Sequence record: OR352952.1
DNA: 64,000 nucleotides
Reading direction: 5' to 3' (one strand)
Source of the DNA: Escherichia phage AV122
Positions 18,324 through 27,318 of the stretch are shown in pieces. Both the position numbers and the translations under genes were made by a program. Position 1 is the first letter of the stretch, and every line of letters begins with the position of its first letter. A model generated the notes under the pieces. That model searched no databases. It saw nothing but the letters and a program-made list of their open reading frames with translations, and was not told the DNA's origin.

Positions 18324-19643
18324 TCACACATAAAACACATCATAACGACCACGGGTAACACCAACATAAAGAAGTTGTTGGGCCAATTCAGCATCTGCAT
18401 AATGAATACAAGGCGTATAAATGAAAGCACGGTCTACAGACATACCCTGAGCTTTATGGAATGTTGATGCAGGAAGTGCTTTCACTTTACTAAACTGTGA
18501 TTTAGCATCCCAAAAATCACTCCACGGAGCTTTTCCGCCTTTGTTCCAATTTTTATAAGTTTCTGCCGTTTTACCTAAAAATAGGTTAAACTTATATAGC
18601 TCTTCATCAGATGAAATTATTTTAATCTTTTCACGATAATATTCATCATCGCCGTAAGTTTCTACTGTTAAATCCCAATGACGAATTAAGTATTCTCCAG
18701 GAACACCACGAGCTTTAACAAACGTTGATGTATACTCTGCTTCTATAATACGAACTAATTGTCCGTTATTAAAAATAATTTCTGACACAGGCTTTCCATC
18801 AATTTTATATGTTTTAATTAATGGTTCCTGCATTACAATAATTTCACCGACAATAAAATCTTTATCAGTTTCAAAAATCTTTTTACGAATAATGCTATTT
18901 AACTTGTCAACAGATTTATTCGTAAATGCCATTACGCGATTTTCAAACAAATCATCTAGTGATTTGACGATTGAAAAATAATTTACCATAAAATCGCGTA
19001 AAGCGGTATCACCAGTAAATCCACGTACTCCGTGCCCGTCAATGATTTTATCATAAATCCATTTACCATTACGAACATCAGTAGCTACATCAATAATAGG
19101 AGCATTACTGCGTTTAACTTCAGTAAGTTCACATTGATAAAAATCTTTATGTGTAAAGAATGGACTGATATAAGCAGTATTTTCTCCTGGATCAACAGGT
19201 CTAATTTGCTTATTATCACCTATTCCAATTATTGTGCACCACGGTGGAATAGTTGAAAGCAAAATTTTGAAGAGCTTTCTATCATACATTGACACTTCGT
19301 CGCAGATTAATACCCTGCATTTAGCTAAATCTGGTACTTCTTTTTGTTCAAAAAGAACGTTTTCTTCATACGTAACTGGGTTAATTTTAAGAATACTATG
19401 AATAGTACTTGCTTCTTTCCCTGATAGTTTTGAAAGAATCTTTTTAGCTGCATGAGTAGGAGCTGCTAAAATAATACCAGTTTCACCCGTAGATATTAAA
19501 GCTTCAATGATGAACTTAGTAAGAGTAGTCTTACCGGTACCGGCAGGTCCATTAATAGTTACATGGTGTTTCTTTTCTTTAATAGCCTTCATAACAATGT
19601 TAAAGGCATTTTTCTGGCCTTCGGTCAAATCATCAAATGTCAT
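18324..19643 (-). CDS. dda: Dda DNA helicase (SF1B)
   Basis: 439 aa; Walker A GPAGTGKT, Walker B CDEVSM; same length as T4 Dda. Confidence 0.9.
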   Translation of the reverse strand: MTFDDLTEGQKNAFNIVMKAIKEKKHHVTINGPAGTGKTTLTKFIIEALISTGETGIILAAPTHAAKKILSKLSGKEASTIHSILKINPVTYEENVLFEQKEVPDLAKCRVLICDEVSMYDRKLFKILLSTIPPWCTIIGIGDNKQIRPVDPGENTAYISPFFTHKDFYQCELTEVKRSNAPIIDVATDVRNGKWIYDKIIDGHGVRGFTGDTALRDFMVNYFSIVKSLDDLFENRVMAFTNKSVDKLNSIIRKKIFETDKDFIVGEIIVMQEPLIKTYKIDGKPVSEIIFNNGQLVRIIEAEYTSTFVKARGVPGEYLIRHWDLTVETYGDDEYYREKIKIISSDEELYKFNLFLGKTAETYKNWNKGGKAPWSDFWDAKSQFSKVKALPASTFHKAQGMSVDRAFIYTPCIHYADAELAQQLLYVGVTRGRYDVFYV

Positions 19644-19951
19644 CGTAAATTCCCTGCAATTGGTATACTAACAATACGCCCAGTATCTAGAATTCGTTGA
19701 TATAATCTTTGTGTATCTACATCAGGCTTAACATGTTTAACTTCTATTTTATTAAACCAAAACTTGCGTGGAGTCTCAACTAGTCTTGGAATTCCCATAC
19801 CTAAAGCTAGTTTATATTGGTCTTTGAGAGTAGTAAAAACTCTATCAGCAATCTCTCTTTCAAAAAACACAGCAGGACGATGTTCATCAAGTGGAACTGG
19901 CGCCGTAAATCCGTCTTTGTCTCGGTAAACTATCGCATATACATAAACCAT
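19640..19951 (-). CDS. hypothetical protein dda.1-like
   Basis: 103-aa ORF with ATGA overlap to dda. Confidence 0.6.
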   Translation of the reverse strand: MVYVYAIVYRDKDGFTAPVPLDEHRPAVFFEREIADRVFTTLKDQYKLALGMGIPRLVETPRKFWFNKIEVKHVKPDVDTQRLYQRILDTGRIVSIPIAGNLR

Positions 19952-19952
19952 A

Positions 19953-20708
19953 TTATCCTCGGATAAGTTTAAAAATTGAACAATTTAGCGGGTATCCTCT
20001 TTTCAGTTTAAGTTTATCAATAAAAGACAAATTTTGATACCGCTCTACACCTTGAATAATTTTATCACACATATCATATTGCATTTCTGCTTCTGACAGC
20101 TTTTTCACAATTTTCCAATCCGAGCCTTTAAGAAGAACGTTCAGTTTAACAACTTCAGCGCCTTCTGCTATGCGAGAACCATCAATACGAGCTTTAAGTG
20201 CTATAATCCTTAGCTTAATGTCAGAGGTCTGTTTTGATTTAGAAAGCTGAGAAATGTGTTCAATTCGATTTTCACGTTTTTTCTGTATAGCTTTAATTTG
20301 ATTATAAGTCTTTTTGATTTTAGCCCATTTCTTTTCATCTAAATTTAGTTTATGAACTTTTTTCGCAGATGAACGACCAATTCGCAAAGCAAATAAATCC
20401 CGTTTTTCAATCAACTCTTCTAAAGTATAATCAGAACGAAATGTATTATACTTTTTCTTTACTGCAATAACATTCCCTTTAATGTATCCAATGTTATTAT
20501 CAAAACGTTCTAATGATAATTTCTCTCCTTCAATACGATTATCAAAAGGTTCTCCTGAATAGGCACAAACTTTTTGATCTAAAATATTCTTAATGTAATT
20601 GAAGTCTAAGTTAAAATCTTTAGAACGTCTTTTTGCAGATGCCTGAGTATGCTCTAAACGACGTTTAATTTTACGAATTTGATTATTAGACATATTATGC
20701 AGTTTCAT
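19953..20708 (-). CDS. srd: Srd-like protein (position and size)
   Basis: 251 aa, basic; sits where T4 srd maps between dda and modA. Assignment by synteny. Confidence 0.5.
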   Translation of the reverse strand: MKLHNMSNNQIRKIKRRLEHTQASAKRRSKDFNLDFNYIKNILDQKVCAYSGEPFDNRIEGEKLSLERFDNNIGYIKGNVIAVKKKYNTFRSDYTLEELIEKRDLFALRIGRSSAKKVHKLNLDEKKWAKIKKTYNQIKAIQKKRENRIEHISQLSKSKQTSDIKLRIIALKARIDGSRIAEGAEVVKLNVLLKGSDWKIVKKLSEAEMQYDMCDKIIQGVERYQNLSFIDKLKLKRGYPLNCSIFKLIRG

Positions 20709-20743
20709 ATTTTTCTCACATCTTACGGACGATTGACTACTAT

Positions 20744-20773
20744 ACTATAACATTTTTACCTTGGCTTGTAAAC
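20744..20773 (-). promoter_or_regulatory. T4-type early promoter
   Basis: GTTTAC (20768-20773), 18-bp spacer, TATAGT (20744-20749). Confidence 0.5.
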
Positions 20774-20829
20774 AATTTTATGAAAAATGCTTTAAAAATT
20801 TCATGGTATAATGAATCTAAGTCCTTCCA

Positions 20830-21432
20830 TTATAGATTAAATCCTTCAAAATCAAGAGTATAGATAGTGTATGTTGAATACTTTTTGTACTCATATCTAT
20901 CTGCAATTCTAAATACACTTCCAGCTGGTATCATTACTTCTTGTTCATCTGAAACTAATTCCATATTACGATAACGATGACTATCCGGAAACTTAAAGTT
21001 TGGATTGTATTCTTTACAGCGTAGAGCTTTTATAGCATACTCCTGGAAATTGAATACCATAGGAGCTTTGAATTCAAAAATAACCTGTGTGTTATACTCT
21101 AAACCGGAAGCAAAATGTAGAGCTATATTTTTATCATATGAAGCTGATACGACTTTATCAAATGTAATAATATCAATTCCTTGATTTAATACTTGCTTAG
21201 TCTCAGCTGGAACACCTCTCCAAAGAGGTTTATCGTTTGGAACCAAACGAGATTTGATTATTTCATTTAACCAAGTATGGTCATCTGGCTTATTAGTAAT
21301 ACAATGAATTAAAAGTTCAATTTCAGATAAATTAAACCCTTCAGAAAGTAATTCTTCACGAATAGAAGCACGCACCGATGCATCCATTGATTTTATTTTA
21401 AAATCTTTTAGTTGCATTACTGAGTATTTCAT
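20830..21432 (-). CDS. modA: ADP-ribosyltransferase ModA
   Basis: 200 aa (T4 ModA is 200 aa); R...S...E-x-E-like ART motif elements; tandem with paralog modB. Confidence 0.7.
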   Translation of the reverse strand: MKYSVMQLKDFKIKSMDASVRASIREELLSEGFNLSEIELLIHCITNKPDDHTWLNEIIKSRLVPNDKPLWRGVPAETKQVLNQGIDIITFDKVVSASYDKNIALHFASGLEYNTQVIFEFKAPMVFNFQEYAIKALRCKEYNPNFKFPDSHRYRNMELVSDEQEVMIPAGSVFRIADRYEYKKYSTYTIYTLDFEGFNL

Positions 21433-22052
21433 TCAACTACCTCAATATCATAAACTTTAAATGTTCCAAATGAATCGTGTAATTTTTCTTTTGAAATAGA
21501 AGTTATTCTATACTTTCCAATTGGAATCATCCATTCTTGTTCATGTACAATCATCATTAAGTTATCAGTACGCTCTGAATCTAATCCATCAGTGTCTTCA
21601 TACGTGTACTTAAACTCAGTATTAGGAGAAGAAAGTATAATATCGCTGATATGGTCAGAGTAATTAAAAGCTTTATTAGTTTTTAAGCGAAGTATTATTT
21701 TAGTAAAATATTCAGCGTAAGAAAAAGAACACGCTGTATGCAAACTAGTAGTAAATGAATCTACCCTGTTCGTTGAAAACACTTCTCCAACTTGTAAATC
21801 TTTAATGAGTTCTTTTGTCGATTTTGATATACCACGATATAACTGATAAGGCGATTTAGTTAAATGCTTTTTAATGATTTTATTCAACTGTCTGTGAAGA
21901 GCTTCATTCTTTTTGGCTTCCATACATTGCCAAAGAACAGACTGCTCAAAGTCAGTAAATTTTTCACAGACTTTTTTATACATATCATATTGAAAATCAA
22001 CGCTTTCAGCTTTTATAGATAACTGTTCAACATCTGCAGGATTAATAATCAT
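21429..22052 (-). CDS. modB: ADP-ribosyltransferase ModB
   Basis: 207 aa (T4 ModB is 207 aa); YRG...STN...EQEW motif pattern of R-S-EXE ARTs. Confidence 0.7.
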   Translation of the reverse strand: MIINPADVEQLSIKAESVDFQYDMYKKVCEKFTDFEQSVLWQCMEAKKNEALHRQLNKIIKKHLTKSPYQLYRGISKSTKELIKDLQVGEVFSTNRVDSFTTSLHTACSFSYAEYFTKIILRLKTNKAFNYSDHISDIILSSPNTEFKYTYEDTDGLDSERTDNLMMIVHEQEWMIPIGKYRITSISKEKLHDSFGTFKVYDIEVVE

Positions 22053-22078
22053 GATAGCCTCCGTATACTTCAGAAGCT

Positions 22079-22108
22079 ATCATATCATCGTTAGAAAGGA
22101 AAGTAAAC
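22079..22108 (-). promoter_or_regulatory. T4-type early promoter
   Basis: GTTTAC (22103-22108), 18-bp spacer, TATGAT (22079-22084). Confidence 0.5.
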
Positions 22109-22119
22109 AACTTTTTGAA

Positions 22120-22302
22120 TTATTTTGCCCAGGGAGCCCAAGGCGGAGGGTCAAGATGGTATGAAGCTAGTTCTTCTAGAAGAGCATCTGGGGCTTCAAT
22201 TCCATAATTCTGTAATACTATACGGTACTCTTTCTTATAATCACTAGAATCATTCTGGATATTCGTAGAATGATTATCTTCTAACATCTCAAATAAATCC
22301 AT
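22120..22302 (-). CDS. hypothetical protein (60 aa)
   Basis: Short acidic ORF downstream of promoter. Confidence 0.45.
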   Translation of the reverse strand: MDLFEMLEDNHSTNIQNDSSDYKKEYRIVLQNYGIEAPDALLEELASYHLDPPPWAPWAK

Positions 22303-22310
22303 ATTAATTC

Positions 22311-22781
22311 CTAGCGATAAAAACCAAATTGACGATTAGTTTCAATGATCTTTCTTTCTTCTTCGGACATTCTCCAGCGTAGTCCAACATCAAAATGAGC
22401 CCAGACCATCCTAACAAATGCATTTATATCTTTAATATCTTCAATAATGAATGTTTTACTTTTAGAAGGTTGACTCGCTAATTTAACTTTATCGTCTTCA
22501 AACATGTCAAAAAGACCATATTCATGAGCTCTTTTATAGCCTTTAATAGTTAAAGCTTCAGAAGAAGAAAATGGTGAATCTGTATTCTGCAAAATATCTT
22601 CAGTATGCTTTATAATTAGAATAACATTTTCTGGATATTTTCTTTCTTTTATATCTTTAATTAAAATATCCGGATTTTCTGCTAAAGGAATAATTAACGA
22701 GCATTTTTTATCAAGTGTATTTACTGATTTACCTTCTTTAGACATAAATCCTATTGAATACAGTTTTGCTACTTCAATCAT
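22311..22781 (-). CDS. hypothetical protein
   Basis: 156-aa ORF. Confidence 0.55.
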   Translation of the reverse strand: MIEVAKLYSIGFMSKEGKSVNTLDKKCSLIIPLAENPDILIKDIKERKYPENVILIIKHTEDILQNTDSPFSSSEALTIKGYKRAHEYGLFDMFEDDKVKLASQPSKSKTFIIEDIKDINAFVRMVWAHFDVGLRWRMSEEERKIIETNRQFGFYR

Positions 22782-22934
22782 GTGATTTCCTCTTGCCTAC
22801 TAATGGACCATCAGGAATTTTGTTTTCCTGAATGTATTTCTCATTTTCTTCCATCATTTTACTACCGATTTTAAGAAGCAAATCTAAGGCTTCATTTGCT
22901 TTATCCTTAGCCTCTTCTAACGTCATATCTTTGG

Positions 22935-23138
22935 TCATGATTTATCACCATAGATGTCTCTCATCAATTTAAGCGCTGAGCGTTCTAATTTCTTTTCTTT
23001 CTCAGCACTAATCATTGATTTCATCCATTCTTCTGACTCGTTCTGTATTTCTTTATTTGCCTGTTCAACCCAACCATCATCAATATACATTGAGTTTGGT
23101 CTATTGAACCATTCAAGCATTTTCTTCAGAACTTTCAT
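22935..23138 (-). CDS. hypothetical protein
   Basis: 67-aa ORF. Confidence 0.5.
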   Translation of the reverse strand: MKVLKKMLEWFNRPNSMYIDDGWVEQANKEIQNESEEWMKSMISAEKEKKLERSALKLMRDIYGDKS

Positions 23139-23598
23139 TTGTTTTACCTAAAACGATAGTATGGACACCGTCAAATTCATGAATTTTTAGCAAATTTGGA
23201 TTTAAATTATTCCATAAAGAGGTAATAAAATATGATAGCGCACTTTCGTCCGTAATTATAAATTTATTTCCCTTATCAATTTTCCAGTCATATATTGAAT
23301 CATATGAATAGAAGGATAACGGTTTATTATTATAGTATGCTTCAGCAACATCAATATAGTTAGATTTAGTAAATGCTTGAATTGCCATAAATGGAGAATT
23401 TTGTACAGTTTCAATAATTCCGATCTTTTTAAGTTTTATTTCAACATCTTCTGGAACTGGCATTGAAATAAAATCTTCTACTAGATACATGTCATTGTCA
23501 TATCTTTTATCAATCATTACTGCTACTGTAATTGGAACATCCTTGACAAACGCCATACTAATACTATTGATAGACATTTCAAATAAAATCGCTTCCAT
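23113..23598 (-). CDS. hypothetical protein (about 161 aa)
   Basis: Track ORF trimmed to internal ATG (MEAILFEMS...); size matches T4 mrh but not verified. Confidence 0.5.
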   Translation of the reverse strand: MEAILFEMSINSISMAFVKDVPITVAVMIDKRYDNDMYLVEDFISMPVPEDVEIKLKKIGIIETVQNSPFMAIQAFTKSNYIDVAEAYYNNKPLSFYSYDSIYDWKIDKGNKFIITDESALSYFITSLWNNLNPNLLKIHEFDGVHTIVLGKTNESSEENA

Positions 23599-23606
23599 AA
23601 TTTTCC

Positions 23607-23948
23607 TCAATCACAAGATGTAGATGAACAGCCAGAATCACAAGAACTTCCACATGAATCACCTGCCCATACATGAACAGGAACATTGGTGTCATATGAA
23701 TCAGAACTAGACTGTGTATTCTGTGCATTAGATGATGTAGTAGGTACTGACCAGCGCCAAGGATTTTTATAATATTCTTGGGCTTCTTCATAAGTCATAG
23801 TAACTGCTTCTACTGTTCCATCTCCCATATAAACATACTCAACTACAGTTAAAGGAAGGTAGTCATTTGAAATAGGAACTACACCTTCTCCCGGAGTTGT
23901 AGAGAAAAAATCTGTAAAGAAATTTTTAAACCAATTAAAGATAAACAT
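23607..23948 (-). CDS. hypothetical protein with Cys/Ser-rich C-terminal tail
   Basis: 113 aa ending ...[20 protein letters not shown]. Confidence 0.55.
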   Translation of the reverse strand: MFIFNWFKNFFTDFFSTTPGEGVVPISNDYLPLTVVEYVYMGDGTVEAVTMTYEEAQEYYKNPWRWSVPTTSSNAQNTQSSSDSYDTNVPVHVWAGDSCGSSCDSGCSSTSCD

Positions 23949-24154
23949 TACAAAAAGCCTCTTTTGAATTCGACTTGCTTATCGCCATAATCATATCGAA
24001 TCTCTGCATTAAATTCGACAGAACCATCTGCGTACATCATAAATGAATGCACAACAACTTCTGTGGACCATGGCTGCAGTTCATATTTCTTCATTACATG
24101 CCGTGAAATGATAATATCTAAATCTTCATTTGGTTTAATCCAACGATTTAACAT
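23948..24154 (-). CDS. hypothetical protein
   Basis: 68-aa ORF downstream of promoter at 24181-24210. Confidence 0.5.
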   Translation of the reverse strand: MLNRWIKPNEDLDIIISRHVMKKYELQPWSTEVVVHSFMMYADGSVEFNAEIRYDYGDKQVEFKRGFL

Positions 24155-24180
24155 AGTGCTCTCCTCTATAAGATAATTCT

Positions 24181-24210
24181 ATTATACCATACTCATTTTG
24201 ATATGTAAAC
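24181..24210 (-). promoter_or_regulatory. T4-type early promoter
   Basis: GTTTAC (24205-24210), 18-bp spacer, TATAAT (24181-24186). Confidence 0.5.
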
Positions 24211-24226
24211 TGCAAAAACGAAAAAA

Positions 24227-24244
24227 GGAACCCCGAAGGATTCC
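24227..24244 (-). terminator. intrinsic terminator after soc
   Basis: Imperfect GC hairpin followed by U-rich run on minus transcript, 8 nt past soc stop. Confidence 0.5.
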
Positions 24245-24251
24245 TTAAATT

Positions 24252-24509
24252 TTAACCACCAATACCTGGAGTTGGCGTAACAGTCCAAAGACCTTCATTA
24301 GCAGTGATCCATTCAGTACGCTGATTTTCTTCATATACTGTAGAATATGCTGCTTTTTCAGAAGGGAATGTCTGATAATGAGCACCAGAAATTTTGTGAA
24401 CATCAGAATAAAGAGGGAAAGCTACAGAAATTTCTTTACCCTGAATTGTACCACCATCAACTGCTTGGTCAAATGTTTTGATATTAACATAACCGCGAGT
24501 ACTAGCCAT
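24252..24509 (-). CDS. soc: small outer capsid protein Soc
   Basis: 85 aa; MASTRGYVNIKTF...GKEISVAFPLYSDVHKISGAHYQTFPSEKAAYSTVYEENQRTEW matches T4 Soc as recalled. Confidence 0.88.
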   Translation of the reverse strand: MASTRGYVNIKTFDQAVDGGTIQGKEISVAFPLYSDVHKISGAHYQTFPSEKAAYSTVYEENQRTEWITANEGLWTVTPTPGIGG

Positions 24510-24525
24510 GTAATTCTCCTTTTAT

Positions 24526-24735
24526 TTAAATTACATGATTATTTATAATAAATTCTCGCGGAACGTTAAAATATCCGATTTTAGTTAATATAACAACATC
24601 ACCGTTAATAATTACCGGAGAATAATCTTCTGGAGCATTAAATTTCCAATGGGCTCTAATATTATATCCATCAGAACCAAATGCTCGAGTAGCCGGTCTC
24701 CCGGCTTTTTGCCACGCGTAGAAATCAAATTTCAT
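24526..24735 (-). CDS. hypothetical protein
   Basis: 69-aa ORF. Confidence 0.5.
   Translation of the reverse strand: MKFDFYAWQKAGRPATRAFGSDGYNIRAHWKFNAPEDYSPVIINGDVVILTKIGYFNVPREFIINNHVI
24540..24547 (-). promoter_or_regulatory. T4-type late promoter TATAAATA upstream of soc
   Basis: Exact TATAAATA on minus strand about 30 nt upstream of soc ATG, within 3' end of upstream ORF. Confidence 0.5.
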
Positions 24736-24932
24736 TTTGAATGCTCTATAATTAATTTTAAGGCTTCTTCGCTGACAAAAATTTCGTCAGGACCTTCTTC
24801 TATAACCCAATCAACCATACGAAGTTGATTAGTTAAGAGCTCACATACGAGCTCCTTGTTATAATCTTTAAATAGCTGGTTAATACGTTTCTTATGGGCT
24901 TTCTTAAGCTGACGCTTATTTAAACGAGCCAT
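24732..24932 (-). CDS. hypothetical basic protein
   Basis: 66-aa ORF, Lys/Arg-rich N-terminus. Confidence 0.5.
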   Translation of the reverse strand: MARLNKRQLKKAHKKRINQLFKDYNKELVCELLTNQLRMVDWVIEEGPDEIFVSEEALKLIIEHSK

Positions 24933-25450
24933 TAATAACCTCGGTCTTGACGAGCGAAGTTTTCAGCATTTTTCAGGTAATAAAGTTTAAAGATTTCTTC
25001 AGCTGACATTCCAAGAGCAATAAATTTATTCATGAAAAAGTGAAATTGGTCAATCAGTTCAAATTTAATTTCAAGCTGATCTTCGGGAGATAAATCTTGA
25101 ATTTTCTTGGATTGCATTTCAGAATAACGTTTCTTCCAAGGTTTCCATACAGCAGAAGCTTCTTTTTCACCATTACTCATACCACCAAGAGAAGTATATA
25201 GTTCGCGAGTTTCATCTGCGATATAATCGTCTTGGTTTCGCAACCAAGCAAGAACTTCTCCTGCGGTTTCAAGTGAATCAGGATGACGATTTGTTTCTGG
25301 TTTATCATTAGCCAAACGAATCTGTAAATGCCGCTGCATATCAAGCATAACCTGCAGTGGGTCAATATTGTGCATAATATTCTCAGCATATGCACGATTT
25401 GCTTTATCAACACCTTCGATCAAATGAGCACATTCATTAAAGTAAGCCAT
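24932..25450 (-). CDS. 56: dCTP pyrophosphatase (dCTPase/dUTPase)
   Basis: Trimmed to ATG 25450 (MAYFNECAHLIEG...), 172 aa (T4 gp56 is 171 aa); the upstream hydrophobic extension in the track ORF is probably not translated. Confidence 0.85.
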   Translation of the reverse strand: MAYFNECAHLIEGVDKANRAYAENIMHNIDPLQVMLDMQRHLQIRLANDKPETNRHPDSLETAGEVLAWLRNQDDYIADETRELYTSLGGMSNGEKEASAVWKPWKKRYSEMQSKKIQDLSPEDQLEIKFELIDQFHFFMNKFIALGMSAEEIFKLYYLKNAENFARQDRGY

Positions 25451-25521
25451 TATTTTTCCTTTCAATTCATGGGTTAGTAGATTAATTATACAATAAATAT
25501 ATAAAGCAATAAGGAGGACAT

Positions 25522-25722
25522 ATGGTACAAAAATTAATGGCACTTGTTAATGCCATAAAAGGTAATAAAAAACGTATAGCTTTTACTATTTCTGCTATGG
25601 TAGGAATTTTACTCTGGAACTTTATTCTATCACCTGTTGCAATTGCGCATGGTATTAATATTCCAGTAGTTACTCTTGATACATTTGTAGATTTAGCATT
25701 TGCTTTAGTTGGGTTGATTTAA
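25522..25722 (+). CDS. small membrane protein on opposite strand (66 aa)
   Basis: Plus-strand ORF with strong SD AAGGAGG 4 nt before ATG; two hydrophobic helices; lies in the 56-61 intergenic space. Confidence 0.45.
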   Translation: MVQKLMALVNAIKGNKKRIAFTISAMVGILLWNFILSPVAIAHGINIPVVTLDTFVDLAFALVGLI

Positions 25723-26747
25723 ATCTTAGCATATTTAGATAGCCGCATTTTAGCCATCAACCCCTGGGCAATATTATTTTTCATATATTCCATAATTTGT
25801 TCAGGGGTTGCACCTTCCTTTCTAATCATATCATTGACATCTTTTGATTTCCAGGGAGATTTATCCCAAAACATAACCCTTTCTCCTGCATCAACTAATT
25901 TAGTCATTCGTTTGATAGTGTCAGGGTGACGAGGTTCATTATCTAAAACCCACACTCGTCTATCTTTAAATGGAACAACTTCTAGGTCTAATTGACCACC
26001 TGTAATAGCTATACCATTTTCAATAAAAAGTGAATCTATAGGTCCTTCTAGAACATATACATCACCATCTTTAACTCGTTCAACACCGTAAATTTTTGTT
26101 GCCTCAGGATAAGCTTTAATGGTGATATATTTTTGAGGAGCATCTTTCTTTAATGCACGTCCTTGAAAAGACTCAGCTTTTCCATTAGCATTATAAATTG
26201 GAATAACAAGACGAGGCTCAGAAATTTCCTTTTTGTATGTTCCCGGTGCTATGCTATTAACTAATTTAGGCCATTCGGTTGTAAACCAAAGATATTTCCA
26301 TTTATCCTTTGGAATACAACGAGCTTTTACATATTTTATAATTGGATGGTCTTCCGCCAGTTTATCTAATCTAACACATGACGGAAGAGATTTAATTATT
26401 TTCTTCTCAGGTTGCTTAGGAAGTTCTTTAGGTTTTTCTACTGGACGACTTTTACCTTTTTCTTTTCTTATTTCAAAGATATACTCACGATATAAATCGG
26501 GTTCAAACTCCTTTAAATATATTCCGATTGGTGCATGATAGTTACAGTTATAACAATGAATATTTCCTTCATTGTTATCACCATAATACCATCCACGAGC
26601 TTTATTCTGGTCGGTTTTTGAATCTCCACAAACAGGACATCTAAACCGCAATTTAAAAGTTGAACTATTATTTACTTGTGTGAATTTAGGTAAATGAGCT
26701 AATGCACGGTATGCAAACTCATTATCAATCCAAGGTATTGATGACAT
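25719..26747 (-). CDS. 61: DNA primase
   Basis: 342 aa (same as T4 gp61); N-terminal zinc ribbon CPVCGDS...CYNC plus TOPRIM core. Confidence 0.9.
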   Translation of the reverse strand: MSSIPWIDNEFAYRALAHLPKFTQVNNSSTFKLRFRCPVCGDSKTDQNKARGWYYGDNNEGNIHCYNCNYHAPIGIYLKEFEPDLYREYIFEIRKEKGKSRPVEKPKELPKQPEKKIIKSLPSCVRLDKLAEDHPIIKYVKARCIPKDKWKYLWFTTEWPKLVNSIAPGTYKKEISEPRLVIPIYNANGKAESFQGRALKKDAPQKYITIKAYPEATKIYGVERVKDGDVYVLEGPIDSLFIENGIAITGGQLDLEVVPFKDRRVWVLDNEPRHPDTIKRMTKLVDAGERVMFWDKSPWKSKDVNDMIRKEGATPEQIMEYMKNNIAQGLMAKMRLSKYAKI

Positions 26748-26749
26748 TT

Positions 26750-26914
26750 TTACTCTTCTTTTTCTTTAGATTCCTCTTTCTTCTTTTTAGGAATCTGTTC
26801 AGGACCTTTATTTACTACAGCACCTGACGTTGTTCCAGTAGAGATATTTTCAGGATTACCACCTGAATCTCCAGCGACCATATCTTCTTTAATAAATTCT
26901 TTATATGTTTTCAT
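26750..26914 (-). CDS. hypothetical protein (54 aa)
   Basis: Not in ORF track. MKTYKEFIKEDMVAGDSGGNPENISTGTTSGAVVNKGPEQIPKKKKEESKEKEE. Confidence 0.4.
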   Translation of the reverse strand: MKTYKEFIKEDMVAGDSGGNPENISTGTTSGAVVNKGPEQIPKKKKEESKEKEE

Positions 26915-26960
26915 ATTAACCTCTATTCATAAAAGCATTAAAAATTTGGTCATCAATAGA
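26913..26960. repeat. 48-bp direct repeat, copy A (gene-junction repeat)
   Basis: 45/48 identical to 27271-27318; covers start codon, intergenic base(s), stop and last 14 codons (...DDQIFNAFMNRG). Confidence 0.85.
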
Positions 26961-27272
26961 TGGCGCAGTAATATTTTCTGCATCATTTAGCAAATCATTA
27001 ATTTCATCAGATAGCATAACACATGTACCTTTATTTCCTGTAATTGTTACTGCACAATTACGAACGTTTTCTTTATCAAATTTTAGGTTAATATTTTCGT
27101 AGTGAAAATCCTTTAATGCCGAATATATCTTTAAAATGAAATTGTCTTTTACTACAATAAACCCAACCTCACTATTAAAACGCGGTTCATGGAAACTGTA
27201 ATAAACCTTTTCATCTATAAAATCGTATGAAATTTTTTCCATTTTTAAATATGAAAATTCAGAACTATACAT
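26916..27272 (-). CDS. hypothetical protein, partial paralog of 27274-27900
   Basis: 118 aa; VGFIVVKDNFILKIY... and C-terminal SIDDQIFNAFMNRG align with the C-terminal half of the upstream 208-aa protein. Confidence 0.55.
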   Translation of the reverse strand: MYSSEFSYLKMEKISYDFIDEKVYYSFHEPRFNSEVGFIVVKDNFILKIYSALKDFHYENINLKFDKENVRNCAVTITGNKGTCVMLSDEINDLLNDAENITAPSIDDQIFNAFMNRG

Positions 27273-27318
27273 ATTAACCTTTATTCATAAAAGCATTAAA
27301 AATTTGATCGTCAATAGA
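27271..27318. repeat. 48-bp direct repeat, copy B
   Basis: See 26913-26960. Confidence 0.85.

Noticed and set aside
20800-20815. Plus-strand TGGTATAAT extended -10-like sequence downstream of modA
   Set aside because: No plus-strand gene follows; likely part of the A/T-rich sequence around the minus-strand srd promoter.
23579-23791. 70-aa His-rich ORF
   Set aside because: Lies inside the 113-aa ORF 23607-23948 in another frame; composition looks like out-of-frame translation.
25177-25413. 78-aa ORF within gene 56 in another frame; also nested ORFs 32077-32271, 34599-34784, 35805-35996, 42101-42364, 44270-44464, 44794-45015, 62103-62297, 8437-8655
   Set aside because: Same-strand alternative-frame ORFs wholly inside well-supported genes; no independent support.
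25460-25521. Possible late promoter (TATATAAA / ATAAATAT) upstream of the plus-strand micro-ORF
   Set aside because: Not an exact TATAAATA match; T4 late promoters tolerate little variation, so not annotated.
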